Counted from the first letter of the stretch, positions 39,435 through 50,672 are shown. The stretch: DNA of 64,000 nucleotides from Trichormus sp. ATA11-4-KO1 (GCA_019358915.1 JAHHIM010000017.1:1-64000), one strand, 5' to 3'. Notes: generated from the sequence alone by a model not told the origin. Program-made: numbers and translations.

Positions 39435-40331
39435 ATGGATAATCAGCCTTCCTTTGCGTACAAAGGCAATGATTTTGATATCAGTAATAAATCGATGGCT
39501 CCCCATCGCCGCATGACTGAGCATGTATTGACGATTTTAACTATGGTCTTTGCCGCAGTAGTAATTGTCCCTCTAATATGGGTTCTGATTAGCGTGTTTG
39601 AAAAGGGTGTTGATGCCCTGATATTTCCAGACATTTTTACTAAGCTTCCCCCACCTCCTGGTTTATCTGAGGGCGGTGTTGGTCATGCCATTGTTGGGAC
39701 TTTAATGACTCTGGGAGTTGGTACATTAATTTCAGTTCCCTTCGGTGTGATTGCTGCCGTTTACCTAGCTGAGTTTGGTCGGGGAACTAAATTGGCTTAC
39801 TTAGTCAAATTTTCCTGCAATGTACTTACTGGAGTCCCGGCTATTCTCTGCGGCTTATTTGCCTATTCTATTGTGGTTAGGCCTTCAGGTTCATTTTCGG
39901 CCTTTTCTGGTGGGGTAGCCTTGGCTGTGTTAATGCTGCCTATTATTATTCGGTCTACGGAAGAAGCTTTGTTGCTAGTGCCTAATGATTTGCGATTGGC
40001 ATCAACAGGTATTGGTGCAACTCGCTTTGAAACCGTTGTCCAGATTGTGTTACCAGCAGCTTTGACTTCAATTGTTACGGGTGTCGTTTTATCCGTTGCT
40101 CGTGCAGCCGGGGAAGCGGCTCCCCTGCTGTTTACTGCCTTTAACAATAATTTCTGGGCGGCAAATATTTGGGAACCTGTGGCAACTCTACCAGTGTTGA
40201 TTTACTTTTTCTCGATTATTCCCTATAAGGCTTCCCAGACTTTAGCTTGGGCCGCAGCCTTGATGTTATTGTCAATTGTGCTGTTGTTTAGTATTTTGGC
40301 TCGGTACTTCAGTCGGCAGAAGAAGTTCTAG
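39435..40331 (+). CDS. pstA: Phosphate ABC permease PstA
   Basis: AVYLAEF, RSTEEAL, ARAAGEAAPLL. Confidence 0.95.
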   Translation: MDNQPSFAYKGNDFDISNKSMAPHRRMTEHVLTILTMVFAAVVIVPLIWVLISVFEKGVDALIFPDIFTKLPPPPGLSEGGVGHAIVGTLMTLGVGTLISVPFGVIAAVYLAEFGRGTKLAYLVKFSCNVLTGVPAILCGLFAYSIVVRPSGSFSAFSGGVALAVLMLPIIIRSTEEALLLVPNDLRLASTGIGATRFETVVQIVLPAALTSIVTGVVLSVARAAGEAAPLLFTAFNNNFWAANIWEPVATLPVLIYFFSIIPYKASQTLAWAAALMLLSIVLLFSILARYFSRQKKF

Positions 40332-40510
40332 CATCAGGGAATTTGCACTAATTTTTTTGCCAGAAATTCACCCAAATTTTATACCCTTTCAAGGTATTAA
40401 TAGTTTCAATTACCAGTATCATCACTCGCTGGGCAACTCACCGAAAAGCTGAGTGCAACTGTATCTCAAGTACGGTTCATCATCGCAAAAATCTCCACTA
40501 CACTAAAATT

Positions 40511-41314
40511 ATGGTTACTAACACTAGTACAGTGAATGACACTGAAACTGTTTTAAGAACAGAAAACCTGAACGTTTACTACGGCAAGTTCTTAGCTTTG
40601 CAGAATATTTGGCTAGACATACCCAAAAATAAGGTGACAGCTTTTATTGGTCCTTCCGGCTGTGGTAAGAGTACATTGATACGGTGTTATAACCGTCTGA
40701 ATGACTTAATTGAATCATTCCGGGCAGAAGGAAAAATTTTCTTTTACGATAAAAACTTGTATGCACCCGAAATTGATCCGGTAGTAGTGCGCCGGCGAAT
40801 TGGGATGGTGTTTCAAAGACCAAACCCGTTTCCCAAATCAATTTATGACAACATTACTTTTGGTGCCAAAATCAATGGTTACAGAGGTAATTTCGATGAA
40901 TTAGTCGAAAAGAGTCTGCGACAAGCAGCTTTGTGGGATGAAGTCAAAGACAAACTCAAGCAAAGTGGTTTGTCTTTATCTGGTGGGCAACAACAAAGGT
41001 TGTGTATTGCGCGGGCGATCGCAGTGCAACCAGAAGTTATTCTGATGGATGAACCCTGTTCAGCGCTTGACCCCGTTTCTACTATTCAGGTAGAAGAACT
41101 TATTCATGAATTGAAGGAAAAATATACCGTCGTCATCGTCACCCACAACATGCAACAAGCTGCACGGGTGTCTGATAAGACTGCCTTTTTCAACGTTAAA
41201 GTTGCAGAAGGTGGTCGGAGTGGCTATTTAGTGGAATACGATTCTACAGAAGTAATTTTTAATAATCCCAAACAGGCAGACACCCGAGATTACGTCAGTG
41301 GCAGATTTGGTTAA
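40511..41314 (+). CDS. pstB: Phosphate ABC ATPase PstB
   Basis: [39 protein letters not shown]. Confidence 0.97.
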   Translation: MVTNTSTVNDTETVLRTENLNVYYGKFLALQNIWLDIPKNKVTAFIGPSGCGKSTLIRCYNRLNDLIESFRAEGKIFFYDKNLYAPEIDPVVVRRRIGMVFQRPNPFPKSIYDNITFGAKINGYRGNFDELVEKSLRQAALWDEVKDKLKQSGLSLSGGQQQRLCIARAIAVQPEVILMDEPCSALDPVSTIQVEELIHELKEKYTVVIVTHNMQQAARVSDKTAFFNVKVAEGGRSGYLVEYDSTEVIFNNPKQADTRDYVSGRFG

Positions 41315-41479
41315 GCGAACAGATTAATCACTGTTATTCATCCCCACCCTACGAAACTTTGAAGGTGGGAATTTTTTATCCAAAAACGTCAAATAGGCAT
41401 AACTTAACACGCGCAAACATCGCTCTTTTGACCAGAGAAAGGAAAAAATGTACCTTAGACATCTCCAAAATAGTAACAT

Positions 41480-41980
41480 TTCATCAAATTCCGATGCAGA
41501 GATGATATTCAGTTCTTTGGCGCTGACTAAAGCGGCGATCGCAGCTGCTTGATCCCACATGGTGACGGAGGTAAAGCCATCCACGGAGTTAACTAAACAG
41601 GTTTCATCGTTCCAGTTGCGTTGAAAGTATGCCCAAGCTTGACGGGCGATCGCCATTTTTGCTGGGGTGAGTTCTCCTACGTTCGGCGCAATATAAGGAA
41701 TGAAGGAAATTGTGACTTGGTTAGAGCTGATGGGGTCGCCTGGTAACACCAAAGATTCTGCATCTAGTCTGGCAAGTTCTTCTGGATCAACTTCTGGTTC
41801 TGGCACTGGGGAAGGTTGAGTGATGGATGTTTCTGGTGTGTCTACAGAAGCAGTGCGAGTACGATTTAAATACGTAGACCACAAATTTAACCCAGCGATG
41901 GCGATCGCGGCTGTGACTACTCCGCCGACAGAAGCTAATATGGATAGGTTTTTTGGTGGTGGTTCAAAGTCAGAGGTCAT
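41480..41980 (-). pseudogene. Truncated DUF3131 (GH144-like) gene
   Basis: ARQAWAYFQRNWNDET.LVNSVDGF..VTMWD N-terminal motifs; recognisable sequence ends at ~EFDE, followed by an unrelated tail to a stop at 41324. Confidence 0.65.
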
Positions 41981-42101
41981 TTTTGTTTAGAGCCTTAAAG
42001 TAGCTTTCTCAAGCTTGGAAGAATAATTCAAGAAAAATGGAAGAACGCGGCGATTTCCTCACTGAGTGAAATTATTTTCAAGTAGGAAAATTAAAACCGT
42101 G

Positions 42102-42185
42102 GCAAGATTTTGATAATTTAGCAAAATACGCAAAGATTTCCGGAAAAATCTTACATATTATCTAATTTGAAACACAAAAACTTTA
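42102..42185 (+). promoter_or_regulatory. Putative regulated promoter, copy 1 (upstream of GNAT)
   Basis: GCAAGATTTTGATAATTTAGCAAAAT identical to inverted copy at 53542..53567; -10-like TATTAT downstream. Confidence 0.65.
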
Positions 42186-42415
42186 AATATAGGTCGGCAA
42201 AAGCCTCGAATGGGTAAGCCAAATTATCACCATTGCATAGTTGTAGTTTGAAAACACGCCTAGGCTCAAGAAAAAGCCAGCCATAAAAGGAGGATAAACA
42301 TGACAGAAAAAGCTGAATCGTGTCGGTATTTGGGTTGGTGTTGGCACACAATCCAACTTAGATCAGGGAGCAGATCTAGCTCCCTCTAACAGCGACCTAA
42401 AAACAGCTGAACACT

Positions 42416-43381
42416 ATGGTCGGAGAATTGCAATGGCAGCACAACGTTGGAACGGAATTAAGGACTAAGCTTGAGCGACATTACAGTATTTGGGCAGAGA
42501 TGGTTAAATCTATTGGCATGGAATTGAATATCCGAACCGCTACTAATGAAGATGTTGCATCATGTGGACTGATACTGCATCTGGCATTTACTCAAGTAAA
42601 TACAGCACATGGTTTTAGCAGCGAGTTTCCCAGTACGGAAATTGGCATACAAGCAGCCCAATTTTTTATTAATCACTTCTCCTATGACACCATTGTTGCT
42701 GAGTACAACGAGCAGGTTGTTGGTCTATGTTTTCTTGACAAGCGTAGTGTAGTTCATGGGGTAGCTATTGTTGCGGTACATCCTCATGCTCAGGGAAAAG
42801 CAATTGGTCGCAGACTGATGGAAACTGTTTTAGTACATAGTAAAAAAGCTTGCAGTATTCGCCTACTCCAGCACACGTTCAATACACAGAGCATCGCCCT
42901 CTACACTTCTTTGGGATTTGATGTGAAAGAACTGATCGTACTACTTAGTGGCAAACCAAAAGGAGAAATCCCTATTGGATATAGCGTTCGTCAGATGATG
43001 CATGAAGACCTGGAAAGATGTAAAGCATTGAGCGAGTCAGCTCTAGGTTTTGATCGAACAAAAGAATTGCAGGACGCATTGCATATGTTTAAGCCAGTCG
43101 TTGCTATGCGGGATGAACGCATTGTTGCTTATGCTTCTGCTACAGATGCTTGGCAACAGAATTATGGCATTGCTGAGAATGAAGAAGCTATGAAAGCGTT
43201 AATTTTGGGTATCAGCAAACTAGTTCCAGAAAATCTGGAATTTTTGTTACCTATCCGTCAGTCGAGCCTTTTTCGGTGGTGTCTGGAGAAGAAATTTCGT
43301 GTTGTTAAACCAATGACTTTGATGAGCATGGGTGAATATCAAGAGCCAAAAGGTTCTTATTTTACATCCGTTGCTTTTTGA
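42416..43381 (+). CDS. Two-domain GNAT N-acetyltransferase (start may be 42518)
   Basis: AVHPHAQGKAIGRRLM, NTQSIALYTSLGF. Confidence 0.88.
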   Translation: MVGELQWQHNVGTELRTKLERHYSIWAEMVKSIGMELNIRTATNEDVASCGLILHLAFTQVNTAHGFSSEFPSTEIGIQAAQFFINHFSYDTIVAEYNEQVVGLCFLDKRSVVHGVAIVAVHPHAQGKAIGRRLMETVLVHSKKACSIRLLQHTFNTQSIALYTSLGFDVKELIVLLSGKPKGEIPIGYSVRQMMHEDLERCKALSESALGFDRTKELQDALHMFKPVVAMRDERIVAYASATDAWQQNYGIAENEEAMKALILGISKLVPENLEFLLPIRQSSLFRWCLEKKFRVVKPMTLMSMGEYQEPKGSYFTSVAF

Positions 43382-43570
43382 CCCCCCGTACTCACCCGAA
43401 ACTTGAGTATTGTCACAGTTATAGAATATTGGACATGGGCTGCTTGTAGCTTTTGAGTTGTCGTTGTGGAAGACAACAACTCTACTACATCAGCCCTATT
43501 TATTCATCTTCTTTTTTAGTGAAAGTGTGAATTAACAAAATATGGCGTTGCTGAATTTATTGAGATAGGT

Positions 43571-44470
43571 TCATTGATTTCTGTAAGCCTTTGGTGTCAT
43601 CCGCGTCAGTTGTTGGAAACACTTGCCTAGATGACTCTGGCTGTTAAAACCACACAGTAAAGCAACATCAGCAATTGTTAACTTCTGTTGATTGAGCAAC
43701 TGCTTTGCTTTCTCTACTCGTTGCTGAATCACGTATACAGAAGGTGAAATGCCTGTAGACTGTTTAAAGAGGCGACTAAAGTAAAATTTGCTCATGCCGA
43801 TTGATTGAGCGATATCAGCTAACTTAATTTTCTCAGCGAGATGGTCGTTAATGTAATCAGTTACCTGTAGTAATTGGTAAACAGATAAGCCAGCAGAATA
43901 ATTAGAAACGCGATGCGTCCGATCAGAGTAATTTCTGAGCAAATGCACTGCTAGCGCATTGGTCAGAGATTCAACGTAAAGCTGTCCTCCTAAGCTCTCA
44001 TTGTGAAGTTCAGAGAGCAGCATCATGGCAAAATTTTCAATGTGTTGATCTCTGGCGCAAAACTCAGGAAACAGCTTGAACTGACTTGGATCAATCTCGA
44101 AGGCTTCATTCGCAATTGTCTGAACAAAGCTAGATGAAAGGCATATTCGGAGGTAGTGGTCATCATTCTCCCAACGCTCTGCAATTGGTAGCCCAGCAGG
44201 GGTAAGCGAGATGTCGCCTTTAGCATGAAGCCCCTGGTGAATTCGCTCGCCTTTCACTTGTACTAACTTAATGGGACGCGGCGCGAGAGAGACACAAATC
44301 ATATGCTCAGAACTGTTATGCATCTTGATTTGGCCAGGAGGTTGATGGAACTGCTCAACTAATATGTTGTCCCAGCCGCGCTGTTTACTCGATACAACGG
44401 GCAAATTGAGATGATGCTCCGATTCCTTAATTGTCTCAGAAGTAATTACGGCCGCAGATTTCATCTTCAA
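43571..44470 (-). CDS. AraC-family transcriptional regulator
   Basis: YFSRLFKQSTG, VALLCGFNSQSHL double HTH. Confidence 0.93.
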   Translation of the reverse strand: MKMKSAAVITSETIKESEHHLNLPVVSSKQRGWDNILVEQFHQPPGQIKMHNSSEHMICVSLAPRPIKLVQVKGERIHQGLHAKGDISLTPAGLPIAERWENDDHYLRICLSSSFVQTIANEAFEIDPSQFKLFPEFCARDQHIENFAMMLLSELHNESLGGQLYVESLTNALAVHLLRNYSDRTHRVSNYSAGLSVYQLLQVTDYINDHLAEKIKLADIAQSIGMSKFYFSRLFKQSTGISPSVYVIQQRVEKAKQLLNQQKLTIADVALLCGFNSQSHLGKCFQQLTRMTPKAYRNQ

Positions 44471-45188
44471 GATCCTCTAAGCTATGTGAATTTTGGCGTT
44501 GCACAATAACAATATGAATCAGGGCGAATCATAATCAGTAAACCACAAACTTTGGAAAACAAACTAAAGAACTAGGTTTCCAGCCTACATGAGCAAAACG
44601 ACAAATAGCATTAGTTTAACAGCAATAAGCCTGACGGCACGGCTTTTGTTGGTATGCTTCCATTTAGCTAAAATTTGCGCGTTGCAAGGTTTATCGAAAA
44701 ATTGATTTACTGAATCATGGAGTGTCCATGCTGCTGCTTAAATCGTAACCGTAAAAACTAAAGACACAGAGGCAAGCAGAATTACTGATGTACGGAATGC
44801 GATTCTTACGGTTAATATTCTACTTCGCTTTTCACAAGATAACGTTATGAGCGAGTTAAAGATTATCCGTGAGAGGTTAACTGACACCCTCAGTAAACCA
44901 AAAAGTTTTTTTTCGAGGTGCGAATCCTGCAACGGAAAATCCGTCTTCAGCGCTGGGGCAACTTTTTGGGCTGAGATATTAGCCATGACAAACACAGCAC
45001 TTGTCCATAGATAAAACGCCTATTTTATCTATCAACACCAAGTTTTCTGGGTCTATATGTTGGACTGGTTACCAATACTTACTTCTGACGCTATCTAAAA
45101 TTATTAACGAACTGACAAGTCAGTGCTTGCGCGAGCGCTACTTAGAAAATCTGTTTATTGAAAATATGGTGTGGTAATTCAGGCGCTC

Positions 45189-45743
45189 TTATCCTAATGA
45201 TTTCTCTCCCTGAACTCTTTGAGGTTTTTTCATTTGCTGCTCAAGCCAACATCTTCTTAAGAACAAAATGATTATTGCTGTCATTCCCATGACTACCAAA
45301 GGAGTGCTCAAGTTCCAATGTCCATACATCTTGTCATTAATATGCCAAAATAGTAAAAACATTGCTAAATACGTTAACTGATGTAACTGCCGCCAGTTTT
45401 TCTTCATTTTTTTGACACACCAGTCATTAGAAGTAATTGCTAGCAGTGTGAAAATAATAAATGTTGCTGATCCATGCACATATACTCTATAGGTAGTCAA
45501 ATCGAAGAAATCAAAATTTCTTTTGACTATCAAAAGCCAGGCATGTCCCAAGGCTAACACAAAAGATAAAATACCTAATTGACGACGATTTTTCAATAAT
45601 TGTATGATAAACTTTGCCTTTTTTAGCGTCGGAAAAATTATTCTTATAGAGGTAGGAATTAATGTTAAAATATAACTAATTACTGCTAAAAAACCTAGTA
45701 AATTAGCCATTGGAATAGAGATGTAAAGCCATGTAGTGTACAT
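45189..45743 (-). CDS. Ferric reductase-like transmembrane protein (MsrQ-like)
   Basis: RRQLGI..F..A.GH, LAITSND, WRQLHQLTY, FWH. Confidence 0.85.
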   Translation of the reverse strand: MYTTWLYISIPMANLLGFLAVISYILTLIPTSIRIIFPTLKKAKFIIQLLKNRRQLGILSFVLALGHAWLLIVKRNFDFFDLTTYRVYVHGSATFIIFTLLAITSNDWCVKKMKKNWRQLHQLTYLAMFLLFWHINDKMYGHWNLSTPLVVMGMTAIIILFLRRCWLEQQMKKPQRVQGEKSLG

Positions 45744-46096
45744 AATTTATCCTTTAAGTTTATTAATAAATAAAGTATTTGATTGATAATATCTTTTTCT
45801 AAAATTGCAAGTCAAAAAATATTTCTTTTAGCGATTAAATTTATCTTTATACTATGCTTGATTATTTAGTCTTAATATAAAAGTCGAATCAAACTTGAAA
45901 TTGCTGATATAAAAAGCTTCTTGTAATTATAAGAATGTTTTAATGGTTATATTAAAGTGTTGATCTAAGTACTAAAAAATAAAAAAATTTTTACATGATG
46001 AGAAAGCAAACAGAATTTAGACTAGTTGGGTAAACCTGCCACAAGGAAAATTCCCGTATAGAATGTATTAGTTTTACCTTCTAAAAAAATACCTTT

Positions 46097-46121
46097 CAAA
46101 TCCTTACTTTGTAAGGATTTG
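46097..46121 (-). terminator. Hairpin downstream of GDSL gene
   Basis: CAAATCCTTAC-ttt-GTAAGGATTTG perfect stem. Confidence 0.6.
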
Positions 46122-46139
46122 AGGTTTTGGTTTTACATC

Positions 46140-47243
46140 TTAATATGTTTTTTTCATCCGTCGCGGGCGTGTAATCGCGCCCCTTGGGCGCTGACATCTT
46201 GCACCTTGGTCAACAACTGAGTTGCTTGAGGATCTAATGAGGTTGAAAAACTTAATTTTTGGTCGAGAAACTTGCTTTATTAAGTCTTGCTGAGGATGGT
46301 GCAAGACAGCAGTCCCCCGTTTTCTTCTGTCATCAAAGCACAACAGTTGAGATGCAGACTCTGCTATGACCTCATGGCCAGCAGTTGTCGGATGAATGCT
46401 ATCCCAGAAAAAAGCTTGATTTGAGTTGGTATTACAGACAGCTGATATGCTAGAAGGTGGTAAGGCTGTCAAAACTGAGCTTCCCAAGCAAGAGCTAATC
46501 ACATCTGTAAAACCGTATCGTCTAGGATTAGCAAAGACCTGCTTAAATAATGAATTAATATCTAGAAAAGCGATGTTGATAGTGTTTAGTTGCTGGTTCA
46601 AAGAGTCAAGATTCGCAGCCAAACTAGTGTTGTATTTAGCTGTCAAATCGTTGAGTTTTTTAGAAGCTTGACTATCGTTTGTACCCGGTAAATCTCCCAA
46701 ATTTGGCAAGTTAACTACCAGAATATTGCTAGCTCCAGCAGCCGCAAGACTACGCACTGCCGTTAATATATTTGTGACTGGTTGGTTAGGATCAACAGTT
46801 TCGCTAGAGAAAAAGATATCATTGAAACCACCTGACACGATATAAAGCGCATTTGGGTTAACTGATTTATTAGCAGATGTAAAGTTATTAACCTGAGACA
46901 AAACCCCTGTTAAATATAATGAAGGCAACGATGGAGATGCAACGATGTTAAATAACCCTGATTCAGCACCAACAGCAGCAAAGTTAGTGTTTGGATTAGG
47001 CCTTAAGCCAAGTTTTTGCGCGAGATATTCCACCCAGACTGGACCATTCGTAAGACGTCCCTCATAGTAGGGTTGGGGAGGGAAGCCTGTTCCCAAAACA
47101 TTTTTTGTGTAATTGTAATAACTACCACTATCAGAGTAGCTGTCACCAAACACATAAATTTCATCGAAATCCGTAGCTGTTGCCTTAGATGAAAACATGA
47201 CAGACAACAGGAGAAATCCTGTCATTAAAATTTGCTTGTACAT
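46140..47243 (-). CDS. Secreted SGNH/GDSL esterase/lipase
   Basis: Signal peptide, FGDSYSDSG, GRLTNG, GGFND, FWDSIHPT; track start 47315. Confidence 0.9.
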   Translation of the reverse strand: MYKQILMTGFLLLSVMFSSKATATDFDEIYVFGDSYSDSGSYYNYTKNVLGTGFPPQPYYEGRLTNGPVWVEYLAQKLGLRPNPNTNFAAVGAESGLFNIVASPSLPSLYLTGVLSQVNNFTSANKSVNPNALYIVSGGFNDIFFSSETVDPNQPVTNILTAVRSLAAAGASNILVVNLPNLGDLPGTNDSQASKKLNDLTAKYNTSLAANLDSLNQQLNTINIAFLDINSLFKQVFANPRRYGFTDVISSCLGSSVLTALPPSSISAVCNTNSNQAFFWDSIHPTTAGHEVIAESASQLLCFDDRRKRGTAVLHHPQQDLIKQVSRPKIKFFNLIRSSSNSVVDQGARCQRPRGAITRPRRMKKTY

Positions 47244-47457
47244 GATAATTTTCTTCTCTTTTTTACAGTTGTGTCGCCAAACCTTTGGCAGTATGTCGGG
47301 TTTGTAATATGACAACAGATAGTTAGATATTGTTGGAAAAATGCAACTTGTGGGCAGAACAGATTAGCATCGGATAGAATTTCTTTGTCTGTAAAAATCT
47401 AGCGATCGCGAACGACAAAGAAATTTGCCATTATTTTTCTCAACTCCATCAGTCAGC

Positions 47458-48582
47458 TCAAGCTATTTGTTGAGATAACCACTGCTGAGTATTATTGATA
47501 CTGGCTTGCGGTTGGATCATGCAGTGATCAAAATAATCAAATGTTTGACCTAATGCCAGGCGTCGAGGCCAGTCTGGATTAGCTAAGGCTCCTCGCCCTA
47601 GAGAAACAATGTCTGCGTGTCCTTCTTGGATAATGCGGTTGGCTTGCTCTGGCTGGTGCATACCACCATTGGCAATAATCGGCACCTGAGCGACCTGCTT
47701 AGCAAGCTGAGTAATAGTTATGCCATCACCAATCATTGCTGTCTCAATCCAATCTCGACCTTCACTGGCAAGGTGAATAAAATCTACGCCAGCTTTCCGA
47801 AGTGCAGAGAAGATGACTCGACCATCTGCCTCACCTCCGGGCCAGCGATACTCGAAATCATTAACTTTAGTTTGGGATAGCCGAATCCCCACTGGATAGT
47901 TATTACCTACAGTTTGGCGAACGGCTTCAACAACCTCAACGGCAAAGCGAATCCGATTCTCTATCGGACCACCATATTGATCCGTTCGCAGGTTAGTGTA
48001 GTCTGTAATGAATTGATCGATCAGATAGCCATTAGCTCCGTGAATCTCTACACCATCAAAACCAATATTTTTGGCGTTGAGCGTGGATTGAGCGAAACCA
48101 GCGATCGCCTCTTGAATCTCCACTTCAGTCATGGCTTTAGGCATGGGGAATGCTCCTTGGCCTCCCCCATACTCCTCCATTTTTTGCCCCTTAGGTTGTA
48201 CTGCCGAGGGACCTACTGTATGATCCCGATGATGGTTGCCTTGGCAAAGTGCTCCGGCGTGCATGAGTTGAATGAAAATTGCAGAACCAGCAGCATGGAC
48301 AACTTCTACAACTTTGTGCCATCTCTCCATCTGTTGCTCAGTGACAATAGCTGGTTGGTTGATATAGCTCTGGCTGTAGGCGCGATCGGTGTAGGTTCCC
48401 TCGGTGATAATTAAACTAAAATTACCCTCAGCAAAGGCGGCATAGTACTGCACCATTTGCTTAGTAGGAATACCATCACCTCGGGTACTAACTCGAGACA
48501 TAGGAGCAACAGCAACTCTGTTTTTGAGATGAATGCCTCCCAACGTAAAGGAAGTCAAAACAGGATGTTGTGTAGATGTCAT
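47458..48582 (-). CDS. NADH:flavin oxidoreductase (old yellow enzyme family)
   Basis: NRVAVAPMSR, QLMHAG, GFDGVEIHGANGYLIDQF, YGGPIENR. Confidence 0.93.
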   Translation of the reverse strand: MTSTQHPVLTSFTLGGIHLKNRVAVAPMSRVSTRGDGIPTKQMVQYYAAFAEGNFSLIITEGTYTDRAYSQSYINQPAIVTEQQMERWHKVVEVVHAAGSAIFIQLMHAGALCQGNHHRDHTVGPSAVQPKGQKMEEYGGGQGAFPMPKAMTEVEIQEAIAGFAQSTLNAKNIGFDGVEIHGANGYLIDQFITDYTNLRTDQYGGPIENRIRFAVEVVEAVRQTVGNNYPVGIRLSQTKVNDFEYRWPGGEADGRVIFSALRKAGVDFIHLASEGRDWIETAMIGDGITITQLAKQVAQVPIIANGGMHQPEQANRIIQEGHADIVSLGRGALANPDWPRRLALGQTFDYFDHCMIQPQASINNTQQWLSQQIA

Positions 48583-48819
48583 TCTTATCCTCTCTCCTTC
48601 AACTTCATAAAACGCATAGATTTCTTAGATGATGTAAAAATTACACGCACTTGTGAGGATTGTCCTTTGTCATTAGTTATTGCCAACACTTGAGACAAAG
48701 GACAACGGAAAAATTAGAGCTTGAGAAATCCTCAAAATGACCTTTTCCACATCTTGTGAAAAGTCAAAACAAATCGCCTTACCCAACGGATTGTTGGTGG
48801 TCTGTAAAGAGAATTAGGA

Positions 48820-50616
48820 TTAAATTGCTAATGCAATAGTTTCTCGCTCAATCTTAGGAACAGATTGATTAAAATCCCATCGAATGTTCTTTCTTAGTGG
48901 TTCCATCAATTGATGTAGATCGCGAGGTTGCGATTTAGGTTGAAAAAGCCCATCATGCTCCCATCGGTCATCATCCAAACTAATCGCCCAAGCATTCAAC
49001 CACACTGGAGATGAAAACATGGTTAATTTCTCTGGCATTGTATCTTCTAAGGCCAACAAAAATATTACCTGAGCCAGTTCTTCCATAATTTTCAAATTAG
49101 CCACATAGTCATCACTGACCTCGCGCTCAGTCTTATTTGATTTCAGATTTGAACGCAGTTCATCAACAAAAGGCAGCATTGCTAAATAATCTAAAAACTC
49201 AAATGTCAGCCTATGCGATGGCTTATTTGCCCAGTCTAGAAATAACTGCTCTACGCGTTGTGATAGGGAAGAAAATTCTGAAAGTATATGCTGGAATCTC
49301 TCTGTGCTTTCTGGATCTAAAAACGACGAGTTAAAAATCAGTGGTGTTATAGTTGCCCAGGAAAACATAGCACCCCACACAAATTGCAATGTAAATACCA
49401 GGGAACTTTTACCCAGAAGCTGATAGATTGCTTCATATGCCGATGTCAACTGGTCATTAATCTTTAAGTAAAACTGATTTGCATGGTCAACCATTTTCTG
49501 CGTGAGTTGACCGCTTAGATCCAGTCGAATCAATTCGGTGGTTAAGGTATTCGCCAAGGCAATCATATCACTTCCAGGTGAATACAAAGGATCTACGAAT
49601 GTACCTGCTACACCCACACAAGCCCAACGGTCAAGAGAATATACCTGCGTAGAGGAGTGACTATACTTAGGCATTTTCATAAAATCATTGGGCTGTTCGT
49701 CTTTTAGGTAATTAGCTAGTGCAGGCTCGTATTTTTGTAACCACTTGTAAGCCTTTTCGTAAGTATTGTATTCCTGAAAATTATGCACATCATCGCTGGC
49801 GACAATACCAAGACTTGTATATCCAGAAGACAAAGGAATCAGCCAGACCCAATATCCATCACCCACTAAGTGATTAGTGGAATGATAGCGCAGATTATTA
49901 GGAACACGAGCGTGCCACTGTGACTCACTGACCGGAACTAAATCGCTGACATCAAGGCGCTTATTTATCCGAAACCAGACAGCACTACGGTTTTTGCTGT
50001 TAGGTTTTGCTAAATCCAGTTTTTTTTGCAATAATCGGCGGTGACCAGTTGCATCAACTACCCAGCGAGCTTTAACTATTTGAGTTTGTTTGGTATCTAA
50101 TTTCTTATAGATAACTGTGTGAAACTCATCACTCTCTCGCATCTCAATATCTTGCACAGAACAATTTTCTAACAAGTCTATGCCTGCGGCAACATTAAAA
50201 TCGCGTAAATCATTCTCAAATATCCCCCGATCCAATTGATAGGTATATTTTGAATGAAAAGAGTTAAAGTCTGCTACTCCCAGTTCTGGTCGCTTTTGTA
50301 AAGGTGCTTGTGAATTACCTAGGAAGAACCGCAGCCCAAGTTTCATCAAATGGTGCTCTTGAATGTAATCTGTTAGGTGTAAAACCTCTGCAAAATAGAA
50401 AGAACCAATTTCAACTGTTGATTCCCCAACTTTAAAGGTCGCAACTGGTAGGGGTCTAACGAGTCGGTCACAAACCAAAATCGAGATGTGAGGCATTTTG
50501 AGCCTCAATTGTCGTGCCAGAGTCATCCCAGCTAGACCACCACCACAGACAACTACATCATATGTATCTTGTAGTTTAGGCGACTGAGAGCTTTCGATGG
50601 ATTTGAGCATCATCAT
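48820..50616 (-). CDS. Flavin-dependent halogenase-like protein
   Basis: GGGLAG, KVGEST, K.GLRF lysine, YQLDRG.FE, WVWLIP (WxWxIP), FVDPLYSPG. Confidence 0.85.
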   Translation of the reverse strand: MMMLKSIESSQSPKLQDTYDVVVCGGGLAGMTLARQLRLKMPHISILVCDRLVRPLPVATFKVGESTVEIGSFYFAEVLHLTDYIQEHHLMKLGLRFFLGNSQAPLQKRPELGVADFNSFHSKYTYQLDRGIFENDLRDFNVAAGIDLLENCSVQDIEMRESDEFHTVIYKKLDTKQTQIVKARWVVDATGHRRLLQKKLDLAKPNSKNRSAVWFRINKRLDVSDLVPVSESQWHARVPNNLRYHSTNHLVGDGYWVWLIPLSSGYTSLGIVASDDVHNFQEYNTYEKAYKWLQKYEPALANYLKDEQPNDFMKMPKYSHSSTQVYSLDRWACVGVAGTFVDPLYSPGSDMIALANTLTTELIRLDLSGQLTQKMVDHANQFYLKINDQLTSAYEAIYQLLGKSSLVFTLQFVWGAMFSWATITPLIFNSSFLDPESTERFQHILSEFSSLSQRVEQLFLDWANKPSHRLTFEFLDYLAMLPFVDELRSNLKSNKTEREVSDDYVANLKIMEELAQVIFLLALEDTMPEKLTMFSSPVWLNAWAISLDDDRWEHDGLFQPKSQPRDLHQLMEPLRKNIRWDFNQSVPKIERETIALAI

Positions 50617-50672
50617 ATCTGCAAAGAGTGGTAAAAGGAAAATTTACTAATACTAAGACCCTATGAGGTCTG

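Noticed and set aside
44738..44995. 85-aa ORF between AraC and the MsrQ-like gene
   Set aside because: Non-ATG start and no recognisable domain; cannot support as a gene
45895..45925. Possible third copy of the 26-bp island site upstream of the MsrQ-like gene
   Set aside because: Only partial similarity (CAAGA...AGCAA) in very AT-rich DNA
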